Below are positions 8,974 through 17,897 of a stretch of DNA of 64,000 nucleotides, in pieces (within the stretch, counting starts at the first letter, position 1; each line of letters begins with the position of its first letter). Made by a program: the position numbers and the translations under genes. The notes below the pieces were generated by a model. The model saw only the letters and a program-made list of their open reading frames with translations. It was not told the origin of the DNA and ran no database searches. Source of the stretch: a virus (taxonomy: Duplodnaviria > Caudoviricetes); the IMG/VR virus record IMGVR_UViG_3300006922_000005; one strand, 5' to 3'.

Positions 8974-9836
8974 ATTAGTTTGTACGCTTTCATCATTTTT
9001 TTAAGAGTACCTTTTTTAACATCTTTAGTTGTGTTTTGCTTTGTAATAATTCCAACGCCGGCGGCTTCTGTACTTTTTATTGCATCTTGTTTAAATGCTT
9101 TATCTACGCCAATTTTACTTGCCATGGCTCTACGTTTTTTAAGTTTATCTGCAACACTTAATTCTTCTGGTTCAGGTGGACGTCTTTTAACAGTGTTTCT
9201 TTTTGGAGTTCTAGTTGCAAACCCCATTATCTCATTTACTTCAAGACCCATTCCTTTGCGTACTCTAGCAAACATTTGTTTAGCAAGAGTTTCATTTCCT
9301 GAAATACCTTGTGCAAAACTAGTAAAATCATCGTCAGCGGCAAACTGTCTTAGTTTACTTGCACTCATACCTTGTACACCTTCAGCATCAGGATCACGTT
9401 CTCCACTGCTTACTACTTTTGCATTTGCAAACGTAAAAGGAACTTCACCTTTAGTATCTGGCTTATTATTGTACTTGTCAATTAAATCTTGATATTGTTG
9501 CACTCTATCACTTCCTGCAACAAGTATAACATTATCATAACCTTTACCTTGTAGATGTTGAAACATTTGAATAATAGTTTTTACACTAGTATTTTTATCT
9601 ACAGGTACATTAAACATTTCTTGAGCAAAATGTAATTTTTCTGCAAATGATAATGGATCTGTTTTTGGTTTTTGTGTTTTAGTTAAAAACAAAATAGGAT
9701 CACCCATAAACTTTTGTGCATGTTGATTAACAACATCTATAACTTTTTGGTGACCTATAGTTGGCGGATTCATTCTTCCCCAAGCAACTACTGCTGTCTT
9801 CTTTGGTTGTGCTTCAAGCAGTTCGTTGAGTAGCAT
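8970..9836 (-). CDS. Cytidylyltransferase-like (HIGH-superfamily) nucleotidyltransferase with MLLNELLE/A leader
   Basis: WGRMNPPTIGHQKV, VAGSDRV, GERDPDAEGVQGMSASKLR. Confidence 0.8.
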   Translation of the reverse strand: MLLNELLEAQPKKTAVVAWGRMNPPTIGHQKVIDVVNQHAQKFMGDPILFLTKTQKPKTDPLSFAEKLHFAQEMFNVPVDKNTSVKTIIQMFQHLQGKGYDNVILVAGSDRVQQYQDLIDKYNNKPDTKGEVPFTFANAKVVSSGERDPDAEGVQGMSASKLRQFAADDDFTSFAQGISGNETLAKQMFARVRKGMGLEVNEIMGFATRTPKRNTVKRRPPEPEELSVADKLKKRRAMASKIGVDKAFKQDAIKSTEAAGVGIITKQNTTKDVKKGTLKKMMKAYKLI

Positions 9837-10196
9837 TTAAGCCTCCTTGGTATCGTATGCGCCGTCTTTAATGTGTGGTAGGTGTTTTTCCGCTAGTTTG
9901 TGACATATACTAGACATTAACTCTTGTGTGTAAACTTCTTCAGTCTTGCCAGATATGTTATAAGTTTCGTTGTACTTCATACAACCTGCTGTAACCATTG
10001 CTTCAAAGTATGGTGCAACTTCTTCAATTGAATCTTTTTCAACAATATTTTTTCTTTTTAGATCTGCTATAGCAGGTAAAAAGAATTCTTTATGGATTGA
10101 ATCGTCATTATCAATGAAGAAACTAATATCATCTATTAAGTCGTATTGTGGAGTACTATTATCGCTGTCTGCTGTAAAAAGTTCTTTTAATAACAT
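9837..10196 (-). CDS. Acidic hypothetical protein (MLLKELF leader)
   Basis: 119-aa ORF in the cluster. Confidence 0.7.
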   Translation of the reverse strand: MLLKELFTADSDNSTPQYDLIDDISFFIDNDDSIHKEFFLPAIADLKRKNIVEKDSIEEVAPYFEAMVTAGCMKYNETYNISGKTEEVYTQELMSSICHKLAEKHLPHIKDGAYDTKEA

Positions 10197-10202
10197 GTGT
10201 AA

Positions 10203-11564
10203 TTACCATTTTCTACATGACCAGTAACGTGCCTTAGTCTTAGGACCAGGATTGTCACAGTTGTGTCTAGCACGGAAACTTCTACGTCTTGCTGGATTAG
10301 ATTTTTTAATTCTCATATCCGGATCACCAAAGTTAACTTTAACTACATTACCTTTTGGATTCTTAACGTATACTTTAAACTTTTTAACATCACCACGCAT
10401 TGGTTTGTTTAGTTTAACAGTACGTCCTTGGTATTCTGCTTCTACAACATTTTCGTCATTTTCTTCAATCCAACCAAATGCTTCATAAAACTCATCTCCA
10501 TTAAATGATACATCAGTCTGTCCTTTAAACCATTCTGTTGCTTCTACATCTTCTGAATAAAAATCTAATTGAGGATCTTTAAATAATCTTTTTGCAAGTT
10601 GTGGATCTTTAGAAAATGATTTTTTAAATCTTCCTATTAGTTCTTCTCTTGGTGATGTATCTAAACTTGCTGGCATCATATGGTCAACAACATCTTCGAT
10701 GTCCATGTCTGGGTTATCAAGAATCGCTTTCACATACTTTTGCATATCTTTTAAATCTCTAAGGTATGGCATTATCATATCTATGTCGCCACCTTCTTCT
10801 CCAGTGTCGCCACCTGCTTTGTAAGTTTCTATATCTTGTCTTGCAGTTTGAAGATCAGTTAGTAACGTTTTGTAAGTCATCTTTACAAATGGTAATACTT
10901 CATCATAGGTTACACTATCTCTGTCGAAGTCTGATTCATTTGTTGACTCGTCTACTGGAGAAAATGACATGTGGTCTTTACATTTACTACACACTGCGTT
11001 GCCGTCTTTGTCTATTTCGCTATCTGCAGGTGCACCACAACAGTCACTTAACATGTCTGGTTCATCTTCTGATTCACTTACATCTTCTGTTGATTCCATT
11101 TCAGATGCATCAGGTGCATCACTATCTTTGTATGTACTTTGATCAGCATCTCTTTCAATATCCATACTGCGTATTGCATGTTTAATAACTTCAAAAGCAA
11201 GTGTCTGTTCTTCTTTAGACATAGTGCCTTTTTCTTTTTCGCTGAGTTCACCAACGAACATACTTAATTCTATTTGTGCATCTGACGATGGTTTAATACG
11301 TTGTGCAATTTCACCTAGTAATCTGCCTGGAGAGCGTTTTAGTTCGTCTTGATATAATGCAAGTCTTACTTTTGGATCAGTTAGGTCTTTGCCTTTGAAT
11401 GCTACATTGTTAGCAATGCTGTATTCGTTTTGTGCTGGTGTTGGGGGTGTAAAAGTAATATCCTTTACATGATTAATTGCATCGCTAAACTTCATTCTCT
11501 CCGGTTCTTTTTTGGCTTCCGTATTGAAAGAATCAAGTTTGTTTATTAGTGTTCTGAAATCCAT
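10203..11564 (-). CDS. Large acidic protein with a C-terminal highly basic Cys-containing module; putative capsid-internal polyprotein
   Basis: Acidic body with a CC-x13-CxxC motif; ends VVE/AEYQGRTVKLNKP...FRARHNCD...ARYWSCRKW; TAAATA (11587-11592) plus SD upstream. Confidence 0.7.
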   Translation of the reverse strand: MDFRTLINKLDSFNTEAKKEPERMKFSDAINHVKDITFTPPTPAQNEYSIANNVAFKGKDLTDPKVRLALYQDELKRSPGRLLGEIAQRIKPSSDAQIELSMFVGELSEKEKGTMSKEEQTLAFEVIKHAIRSMDIERDADQSTYKDSDAPDASEMESTEDVSESEDEPDMLSDCCGAPADSEIDKDGNAVCSKCKDHMSFSPVDESTNESDFDRDSVTYDEVLPFVKMTYKTLLTDLQTARQDIETYKAGGDTGEEGGDIDMIMPYLRDLKDMQKYVKAILDNPDMDIEDVVDHMMPASLDTSPREELIGRFKKSFSKDPQLAKRLFKDPQLDFYSEDVEATEWFKGQTDVSFNGDEFYEAFGWIEENDENVVEAEYQGRTVKLNKPMRGDVKKFKVYVKNPKGNVVKVNFGDPDMRIKKSNPARRRSFRARHNCDNPGPKTKARYWSCRKW

Positions 11565-11608
11565 AGTTATACTCTCCTTATGTGAGTATTTATTATAGAA
11601 TGGATCAT

Positions 11609-11842
11609 TTAGCGGTGCTGTTTGAATACTACCTTATGTGGTGGCTTTGCTGTAAATTCATAGCCGAATTGATTACCTACAAAATATCTGCCCTTCCAAA
11701 CCAAGCGTACACGCACTGTATTAAGGATTACGTCCATGTGCTTATCTTCTTGATATGAGAACAAATCTGCTTCAACTACTTGCTCATTGTCTGTACACGT
11801 TACTGAAATTGTTTTTGGTAGTTCTTCTCTGTATTGAGCCAT
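11609..11842 (-). CDS. Hypothetical protein
   Basis: 77-aa ORF with SD GGAG. Confidence 0.7.
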   Translation of the reverse strand: MAQYREELPKTISVTCTDNEQVVEADLFSYQEDKHMDVILNTVRVRLVWKGRYFVGNQFGYEFTAKPPHKVVFKQHR

Positions 11843-11870
11843 TTATATCTCCGTTGTTGAAAATGTAGGT

Positions 11871-11898
11871 ATAAAAAAAGACCCCCGAAGGGGTCTTT
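11871..11898 (-). terminator. Rho-independent terminator with a C(UUCG)G loop
   Basis: Minus strand AAAGACCCC-TTCG-GGGGTCTTT followed by TTTTAT. Confidence 0.9.
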
Positions 11899-11912
11899 CT
11901 TCAATGTGTTAC

Positions 11913-12170
11913 TTAGGCTACTTTTGTAGCAAGTGCTTTGTAACCAGCCGCAATTACTTTACGACTTGCAGTACCTAAACGATACTTGTTAGTTACTCTA
12001 CCCTTTGTATCAGTGTGAGTGTTCAAGTAGATTGAATAACCTGAAAACCTTAGTGCCTGAATTACTGCGGCCGGGTTACCTGCACCAAAACGTGACTTGA
12101 TTTGTTTTGCTGTAAGTTCGTTGCCGTTTGAAAGGGCTGTTAGTACTTTTGATTGAATTGTGTTTGACAT
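11913..12170 (-). CDS. Winged-helix-like DNA-binding protein
   Basis: VLTALSNGNELTAKQIKSRFGAGNPAAVIQALRFSGYSI ... KYRLG; has its own promoter and terminator. Confidence 0.6.
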   Translation of the reverse strand: MSNTIQSKVLTALSNGNELTAKQIKSRFGAGNPAAVIQALRFSGYSIYLNTHTDTKGRVTNKYRLGTASRKVIAAGYKALATKVA

Positions 12171-12220
12171 TATTTTCTCCTAGTTGTCTATGCGAAAACT
12201 ATTTTCACATTCACTTGTAT

Positions 12221-12249
12221 ATAATACAGTCTAATAATAAGTTTGTAAA
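12221..12249 (-). promoter_or_regulatory. sigma70-type promoter
   Basis: TTTACA-N17-TATTAT. Confidence 0.65.
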
Positions 12250-12265
12250 GACTTTGTTTAGCCAA

Positions 12266-12285
12266 AGTGGCGTCGAAACGCCACT
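12266..12285 (-). terminator. UUCG hairpin, probable terminator or stabiliser
   Basis: AGTGGCGT-TTCG-ACGCCACT with only a short U tail. Confidence 0.65.
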
Positions 12286-12298
12286 CTGTTTATCCAAT

Positions 12299-12610
12299 TT
12301 ATGCCGCTTGGTTGATTACAGTTTTGTTAGTGCTTGATAACAAGTTAACTAATTCTGATTTCATTGCCATTGCGCCTTGTAATGATGTAGTACCTAGTAC
12401 TCTTACATTAAAGTCATAACCAGCATCTACTAATTTTCTAGTAGCAGTTGGTCTAGTCATTTTTAGATTTGCAAATTTAATTGCTCCACCGTTAACTGAT
12501 CCGTTAACCATGTATTTGTTTGCTTCTTCAACGAACACGCCAACTTTTGAGTTTACGTTTCCTTTTTGAAATTCTCTAGTGTATACAACAAATTGTTTTG
12601 TTCTAGCCAT
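12299..12610 (-). CDS. Hypothetical protein (start revised to MARTKQF)
   Basis: SD AAGGAG before the ATG at 12610; the ORF-track start at 12682 overlaps the promoter. Confidence 0.7.
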   Translation of the reverse strand: MARTKQFVVYTREFQKGNVNSKVGVFVEEANKYMVNGSVNGGAIKFANLKMTRPTATRKLVDAGYDFNVRVLGTTSLQGAMAMKSELVNLLSSTNKTVINQAA

Positions 12611-12670
12611 TTCTATCTCCTTGTTTAGATTATTAAAAAAGTGCTTAATTAAATTAAACATACTATATAC

Positions 12671-12699
12671 ATAATACAACAAATCGTTGTAAAAATCAA
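12671..12699 (-). promoter_or_regulatory. sigma70-type promoter (divergent pair)
   Basis: TTGATT-N17-TATTAT. Confidence 0.6.
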
Positions 12700-12726
12700 G
12701 TTTTTATTTTACCAAAATAAAAGTGG

Positions 12727-12755
12727 TTGACAAGAGTGGTAAAACCAACTATAAT
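12727..12755 (+). promoter_or_regulatory. Perfect sigma70 consensus promoter
   Basis: TTGACA-N17-TATAAT. Confidence 0.9.
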
Positions 12756-12787
12756 ATAAGTATAGTTAGGCAAAAGGAAATCCAAAA

Positions 12788-13471
12788 ATGCAAAAAGAAA
12801 TTCCAATTAAAGATGCTATCAATCTGGCTGTACAAGCATATAATATTATCGGGTCGTATAGAAAAGAAAATACTTGGGAATATATCAAAACAGAAAACGG
12901 TTCATTAGAGTCAGTTACTGCAAAGAGTAATAAACAAATGATGAAAGACTTTTATGATACTGGTGATTTCTTTATTGATGGTAGTTGTCAAGATATGACC
13001 AATGACATTTATAACCATTATCAAGGTTTGATATTTAAAGTGTTATCGGATTCTTCAAATGACTTTACAGACCGTATATACCAAATTATTACAAAAGATA
13101 CAGTTACACGCAAAGACTTAGGGTTCATTGCTCCGTTGCCTTCACTTTACGAACAAGAAATACAGAGAGAGTTATTTGTTAAAGAAATAAGTAATTCAAC
13201 ACACATTGGTACTAAAGGTGCTAAAGTATCTGTACGTGCATTGTTACACGAAGCACGTTATATTAGAACACGTGACTTTCATGTTTATACTTTTATAAGT
13301 GACGGTAATTTGATTACACATTTTAGTAGTAAACATCCTACTGATTGGAAAGTTGAAAAGTTAGTTGAGGGTAATGAATATAACTTAGATTTCAAAGTAA
13401 AAAATCATAACCAAAGCAAATGGTATGACTGTAAAGAAACTTTAGTAAATTATCTTAAAATTAGCGACTAG
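12788..13471 (+). CDS. Hypothetical early protein, possibly with a C-terminal OB-fold-like region
   Basis: 227 aa behind a consensus promoter and SD AAAGGA. Confidence 0.7.
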   Translation: MQKEIPIKDAINLAVQAYNIIGSYRKENTWEYIKTENGSLESVTAKSNKQMMKDFYDTGDFFIDGSCQDMTNDIYNHYQGLIFKVLSDSSNDFTDRIYQIITKDTVTRKDLGFIAPLPSLYEQEIQRELFVKEISNSTHIGTKGAKVSVRALLHEARYIRTRDFHVYTFISDGNLITHFSSKHPTDWKVEKLVEGNEYNLDFKVKNHNQSKWYDCKETLVNYLKISD

Positions 13472-13748
13472 AGTCGTCGCCACCGCTTACTTCAATATCA
13501 AAATCTTTTGGAATGGCTTTCGCAACAACATTAGCCATTTCTTCTGCTGTAGCATCGTCGATATCATTGTTTAGTGCAACTTCGTATACATGCATACCTT
13601 CTGTAGTGTATGACTCAAACATAATGTCGCCTTGAGTGCTTTCATTTAAACTTTCGTTTACAGTTGAAGCCATTGCTCCTGCAAACACTTTTAAAAAAGC
13701 ATCGCCTTGATCTTCATTAAAAATAAATCTTATAAAATGTTCGTTCAT
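13461..13748 (-). CDS. Acidic hypothetical protein
   Basis: 95 aa, translationally coupled to the upstream gene. Confidence 0.7.
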   Translation of the reverse strand: MNEHFIRFIFNEDQGDAFLKVFAGAMASTVNESLNESTQGDIMFESYTTEGMHVYEVALNNDIDDATAEEMANVVAKAIPKDFDIEVSGGDDSSR

Positions 13749-14131
13749 TAGTAGTTTACCTTAATTGAATTGATACGTCCGTTTGAGTATGTTGCTATTG
13801 CTCTTAACCAAACAAAGTTACCTGTAAAGTTAGCAACAAAGTCAGTATCGGTATCTGCACCTGTTGTATATGTTGTTCCTGCAATATCAAACCAGTCAGA
13901 TCCCGCAGGCGAAGTGGCTAACGAAGCCTGCATTTTGACTTCTCCTGAAAAATCTGTAATACTGTAATGTACAGTATGTAGACCATCTCCACCTTTATAG
14001 TATCCGTCACCTTTAACTTTATCTGAAGTTAAAACTGTTTGTGTACTATCTGCTTCAGGTGTTTGTGCTACGGCCGAAATTGTTGTTCCGTCCTGATCGA
14101 TAAATTGTAATGTTGTACTGTTCGCTGGCAT
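13748..14131 (-). CDS. Putative virion structural protein (beta-rich)
   Basis: Thr/Gly/Ser-rich 127 aa; TAAATA-N5-ATG late start. Confidence 0.55.
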   Translation of the reverse strand: MPANSTTLQFIDQDGTTISAVAQTPEADSTQTVLTSDKVKGDGYYKGGDGLHTVHYSITDFSGEVKMQASLATSPAGSDWFDIAGTTYTTGADTDTDFVANFTGNFVWLRAIATYSNGRINSIKVNY

Positions 14132-14139
14132 ACAGTTAT

Positions 14140-14418
14140 TTATGTAATTTTAATCTTATAGGCTTTTGCTAACCTAGTAATTCCCATACCTTCAACATCA
14201 TTAATATCCGTTAATTTAACGTTGTATTTGTGGTCTCTACCAGCATAGTCAAGTTCCCATGCAACTATACCTTTCTCATTAGCAATAGTAACATCAATAT
14301 CTTTAGGTACTTCAACCACTTGACCTCCAATACCGTTTGCCTTTACAGTAGCATTGATTGTTGTACCGTGTTTGATTATTTTACGTTTGATTAGTTCTTT
14401 AATTATTTTATTGTTCAT
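14140..14418 (-). CDS. Hypothetical protein
   Basis: 92-aa ORF downstream of the clpA operon. Confidence 0.7.
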   Translation of the reverse strand: MNNKIIKELIKRKIIKHGTTINATVKANGIGGQVVEVPKDIDVTIANEKGIVAWELDYAGRDHKYNVKLTDINDVEGMGITRLAKAYKIKIT

Positions 14419-15130
14419 TTAGTTCCGCCTCTGTTATATATTCTTGTGTGCTTCTAATTGTATCGCCTAAATACATTTGTAACAACAGCAACATTTGTGA
14501 ATCTGTTGAGTACAAAAATCTTCCATCGGAATAGTAGCAATTTTCAATTAATTTTTTTGATGCTTTTAATTCGCCTGCATAGTTTTCTACCCATTCTTCA
14601 AACCCTGCTTGACGTACTAGTTTTCCTCTTAGATGTATTTTAAACCTGTATTTGTCATATGGTAAACGTTCACAGATTACATTGTTTGGGTTATTAGTAA
14701 AGTAATCTTCTTGCTTTTTGTTTTTAGGCCAAATCATTTCGTATAAATGATCTTTAAATGTGCCACAGAAGTTTTCCCATACTATTTTATCGTTTGTAAA
14801 GAAGCCAAGTTTATCACCTTCATTACGAATCTTATGTTCTTCGTGAATGTAATATTCTTGAATCCAATTGTATAACTTATACAAGGTAAATCTATTTTCC
14901 CATATTTCTTTATGTGATCTATGCCTTCCATCGTTTATACCTAATGATAAAGAACTGTATGCATAGTTTAAGTCGCCTATGCCTTTCCATTGTTCCATCC
15001 GTTCTGCATTAAACAGTGATTCAATATCACTACGTTTAGCATATCGAATAAAACTAGTTCTTGGTGTCTTTACAACTGCTTTGTACTTGTACTTTTTATA
15101 AAAAAGTTTAGTCGTGTGCGAGGTCTTCAA
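14408..15130 (-). CDS. Hypothetical protein
   Basis: 240-aa ORF overlapping the end of clpA. Confidence 0.75.
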   Translation of the reverse strand: MKTSHTTKLFYKKYKYKAVVKTPRTSFIRYAKRSDIESLFNAERMEQWKGIGDLNYAYSSLSLGINDGRHRSHKEIWENRFTLYKLYNWIQEYYIHEEHKIRNEGDKLGFFTNDKIVWENFCGTFKDHLYEMIWPKNKKQEDYFTNNPNNVICERLPYDKYRFKIHLRGKLVRQAGFEEWVENYAGELKASKKLIENCYYSDGRFLYSTDSQMLLLLQMYLGDTIRSTQEYITEAELNEQ

Positions 15131-17381
15131 CTTGGGTATCCTTTCCTAACGTTGGCATAAATTCCTTTATATCTAACGTAATATTTTCACCCTCTAAATC
15201 AACAGTAACATGTCCACCGTTAACCAACTTACCAAACAGTACTTCTTTACTCATTGGCTTTTTAATTTGATCATCAATAACACGTTGCAATGGTCTCGCA
15301 CCCATTTTTTTGTTGAATCCTTTTTTAACTAAAAACTCTTTAACTGTATCAGTAAGTTCAATAAGTATACCTTTGTCTGCTAACATATCGTTAACTTCTT
15401 TAATAAACTTATCTACAATTAGCATCATAGTTGATCTTTCTAGTTTATCAAACTTAATAATACCATCAAGTCTGTTTCTAAATTCTGGTGCAAAGAAATC
15501 TGTTACTGCATTGTCTTGTTCTCCTGAACGATCCATGTCACCAAATCCAATACCATTTTTCTCCATCTCTCTAGCACCTAAGTTAGATGTCATAATAACA
15601 ATAGCATTACGAGCATCTGCTTTTTTACCATTTGAACCTGTAACAAATCCATTGTCCATTAATCCTAACAACACATTTGAAACATCTTTGTGTGCTTTTT
15701 CAATTTCGTCTAACAATAGTATACAATTAGGATGTTCTTGTAGTTTAGTAATAAGTTGACCTGCGTCTTCTTCAAATCCTACATATCCTGGAGGTGCACC
15801 TATAAATTTAGCAACTGAATGTCTTTCTTGGAATTCACTCATATCAAAACGTACAAGTTCAGTACCCATTTCACTTGCAAGTACTTTTGCTGTTTCTGTT
15901 TTACCACAACCAGTAGGACCAACAAATAAGAATGAACCAACGGGTTTATTAAGTGATTTTAGTCCTGCTTGTGCAATAAAGATTTTATCAAGTAGTCCGT
16001 CTATGGCTTCGTCTTGCCCATATACTCTTGTTTTCATTCCACCTTCTAAATCTTTAAGTGTTTCAGTTTCTTTTGATGCAATTTGTTCTAATGGTAAGTT
16101 TGTCATTTTACTTACTTCAAAAACAACCTGATCATGATCAACTATACCGTTTTCTTCATCTTTAACTTTAAACCTAGCACCAGCACGGTCAATAATATCA
16201 ATTGCTTTATCTGGTAGTTTCTTATCTGCCATATACTTTTCTGAATATGTTACAGCACCATTAATTGCTTTGTCGGTAATTGTTACACCGTGATGTGCTT
16301 CATAATACTTTTTAAGTCCGTGTAAAATATCTATAGTAACTTCTGCTGTAGGTTCGTCAACTGTTACACGTTGGAATCTACGCATTAATGCACGATCCTT
16401 TTCAAAGTGCTTACGATATTCTTCCCATGTAGTTGAAGCAACTACTTTGATAGTTCCTTTACCTAATGCAGGCTTTAACATATTAGCCATGTCATTTGAT
16501 TGTCCACTACCGCCTGAACCAGCACCACTCATCATATGTGCTTCGTCAATAAACAAGATTGCTTTTTCTTTTTTCTCTAATGCATGGATAACCATTTTTA
16601 AACGTTCTTCAAAGTCACCTCTATATTTGCTACCTGCTACTAGAGCACCGATGTCTAATGAATAAACTGTACTACCTTTAATAAACTCTGGTACATTATC
16701 ATTTGCTATTTCAACAGCAAGTCCTTCAGCAATAGCAGTTTTACCTACGCCAGGATCACCAACCAACATTACATTTGCTTTTTGTCTACGTGCAAGAATA
16801 AGCACAGTTTCTTCAATTTCGTTAGCACGACCAATAACTGGATCAATCTTACCACGTTTTGCTTTTGCAGAAAGGTTTTCACAGAATGATGAAATAATTT
16901 TTTCTAATTGTGACATGCTGTACTGTTCACTTGCCGCTTCTCCAACTATTTGCTCTGCTTCAATAAAGTTACTAAACTTTTCAGAGTCAATACCATGCTT
17001 CCGCATACAGAATGCAGAAAATGATTTCTTTTCTTTTAATAATGATAAAAACACATCAATTGGATCTATTGTAGTTCTACCACTGAATAGCGTTTGTGTA
17101 AATGCTCTATTAAGCATACGTTCCATTGCTTGTGTTTTCTTAGGACGTCCTTTAAAATTAGGTACAACAATATCCTGAAGTTTATCTTGAATAAACGCTG
17201 ACAAGTCTTCTTTGATAGCATTTGTATCTGCACCAAACTCCGCTAGTGTTTTTGAAAATTCTTCATCACAAACCAATGCCATAGCAAAGTGTTCAATGGT
17301 TACATATTCATGTTCACCTGTTTGAGCAAGTTTGATTGCTTCTTCAAAAATTCCTTCTAACTGTTCATTAGGTTCAAGCAT
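15108..17381 (-). CDS. clpA: ATP-dependent Clp protease ATP-binding subunit ClpA
   Basis: N-domain HEYVTIEH; Walker A GDPGVGKT and GPTGCGKT; Walker B LFIDE and LLLDEIEK; IGF docking loop (NGIGFG). Confidence 0.95.
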   Translation of the reverse strand: MLEPNEQLEGIFEEAIKLAQTGEHEYVTIEHFAMALVCDEEFSKTLAEFGADTNAIKEDLSAFIQDKLQDIVVPNFKGRPKKTQAMERMLNRAFTQTLFSGRTTIDPIDVFLSLLKEKKSFSAFCMRKHGIDSEKFSNFIEAEQIVGEAASEQYSMSQLEKIISSFCENLSAKAKRGKIDPVIGRANEIEETVLILARRQKANVMLVGDPGVGKTAIAEGLAVEIANDNVPEFIKGSTVYSLDIGALVAGSKYRGDFEERLKMVIHALEKKEKAILFIDEAHMMSGAGSGGSGQSNDMANMLKPALGKGTIKVVASTTWEEYRKHFEKDRALMRRFQRVTVDEPTAEVTIDILHGLKKYYEAHHGVTITDKAINGAVTYSEKYMADKKLPDKAIDIIDRAGARFKVKDEENGIVDHDQVVFEVSKMTNLPLEQIASKETETLKDLEGGMKTRVYGQDEAIDGLLDKIFIAQAGLKSLNKPVGSFLFVGPTGCGKTETAKVLASEMGTELVRFDMSEFQERHSVAKFIGAPPGYVGFEEDAGQLITKLQEHPNCILLLDEIEKAHKDVSNVLLGLMDNGFVTGSNGKKADARNAIVIMTSNLGAREMEKNGIGFGDMDRSGEQDNAVTDFFAPEFRNRLDGIIKFDKLERSTMMLIVDKFIKEVNDMLADKGILIELTDTVKEFLVKKGFNKKMGARPLQRVIDDQIKKPMSKEVLFGKLVNGGHVTVDLEGENITLDIKEFMPTLGKDTQVEDLAHD

Positions 17382-17889
17382 TAATTAATCCTTTTTTAAT
17401 ATTTTTTCTAGCACGTTTACTAGCCATATCCCATTTTAAATTTGAAACACGGTCTTTAAACACTATGCCATTTAAATGATCACACTCGTGTAGATAACAA
17501 CGAGCATCATATCCTTCTATTCTTCCTACTTGTTTTTCTCCGTTTTGATCCCAAAACTCTGCAACAATCCAAGTTGGTCTTTTAACTTGCACAAACACTC
17601 CAGGAAAACTTAAACAACCTTCAATATCTAAAACTACATCAGTACTAGAATCTAATACAGTAGGATTAATAAAGATTTGTGCTTTATCTTTGTGTTGTTC
17701 ACTGCCCATAGTAAATGCCGCAGTTTCAATGCCAACTTGACATGCACTTAACCCTACACCCTTGTTAGCAAATTGTGCTTCTAACATTTTTTCTTTAAGT
17801 TCAATTGGATCCATAATTGGATTTTCAAAGTCAAATGCAGGCATTTGTTTGTTTAATACTTCTGCTGGATATTTAATTATTTCTAACAT
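17374..17889 (-). CDS. def: Peptide deformylase
   Basis: GVGLSACQVG, EGCLS, HECDHLNG. Confidence 0.95.
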   Translation of the reverse strand: MLEIIKYPAEVLNKQMPAFDFENPIMDPIELKEKMLEAQFANKGVGLSACQVGIETAAFTMGSEQHKDKAQIFINPTVLDSSTDVVLDIEGCLSFPGVFVQVKRPTWIVAEFWDQNGEKQVGRIEGYDARCYLHECDHLNGIVFKDRVSNLKWDMASKRARKNIKKGLINA

Positions 17890-17897
17890 ATTATATA

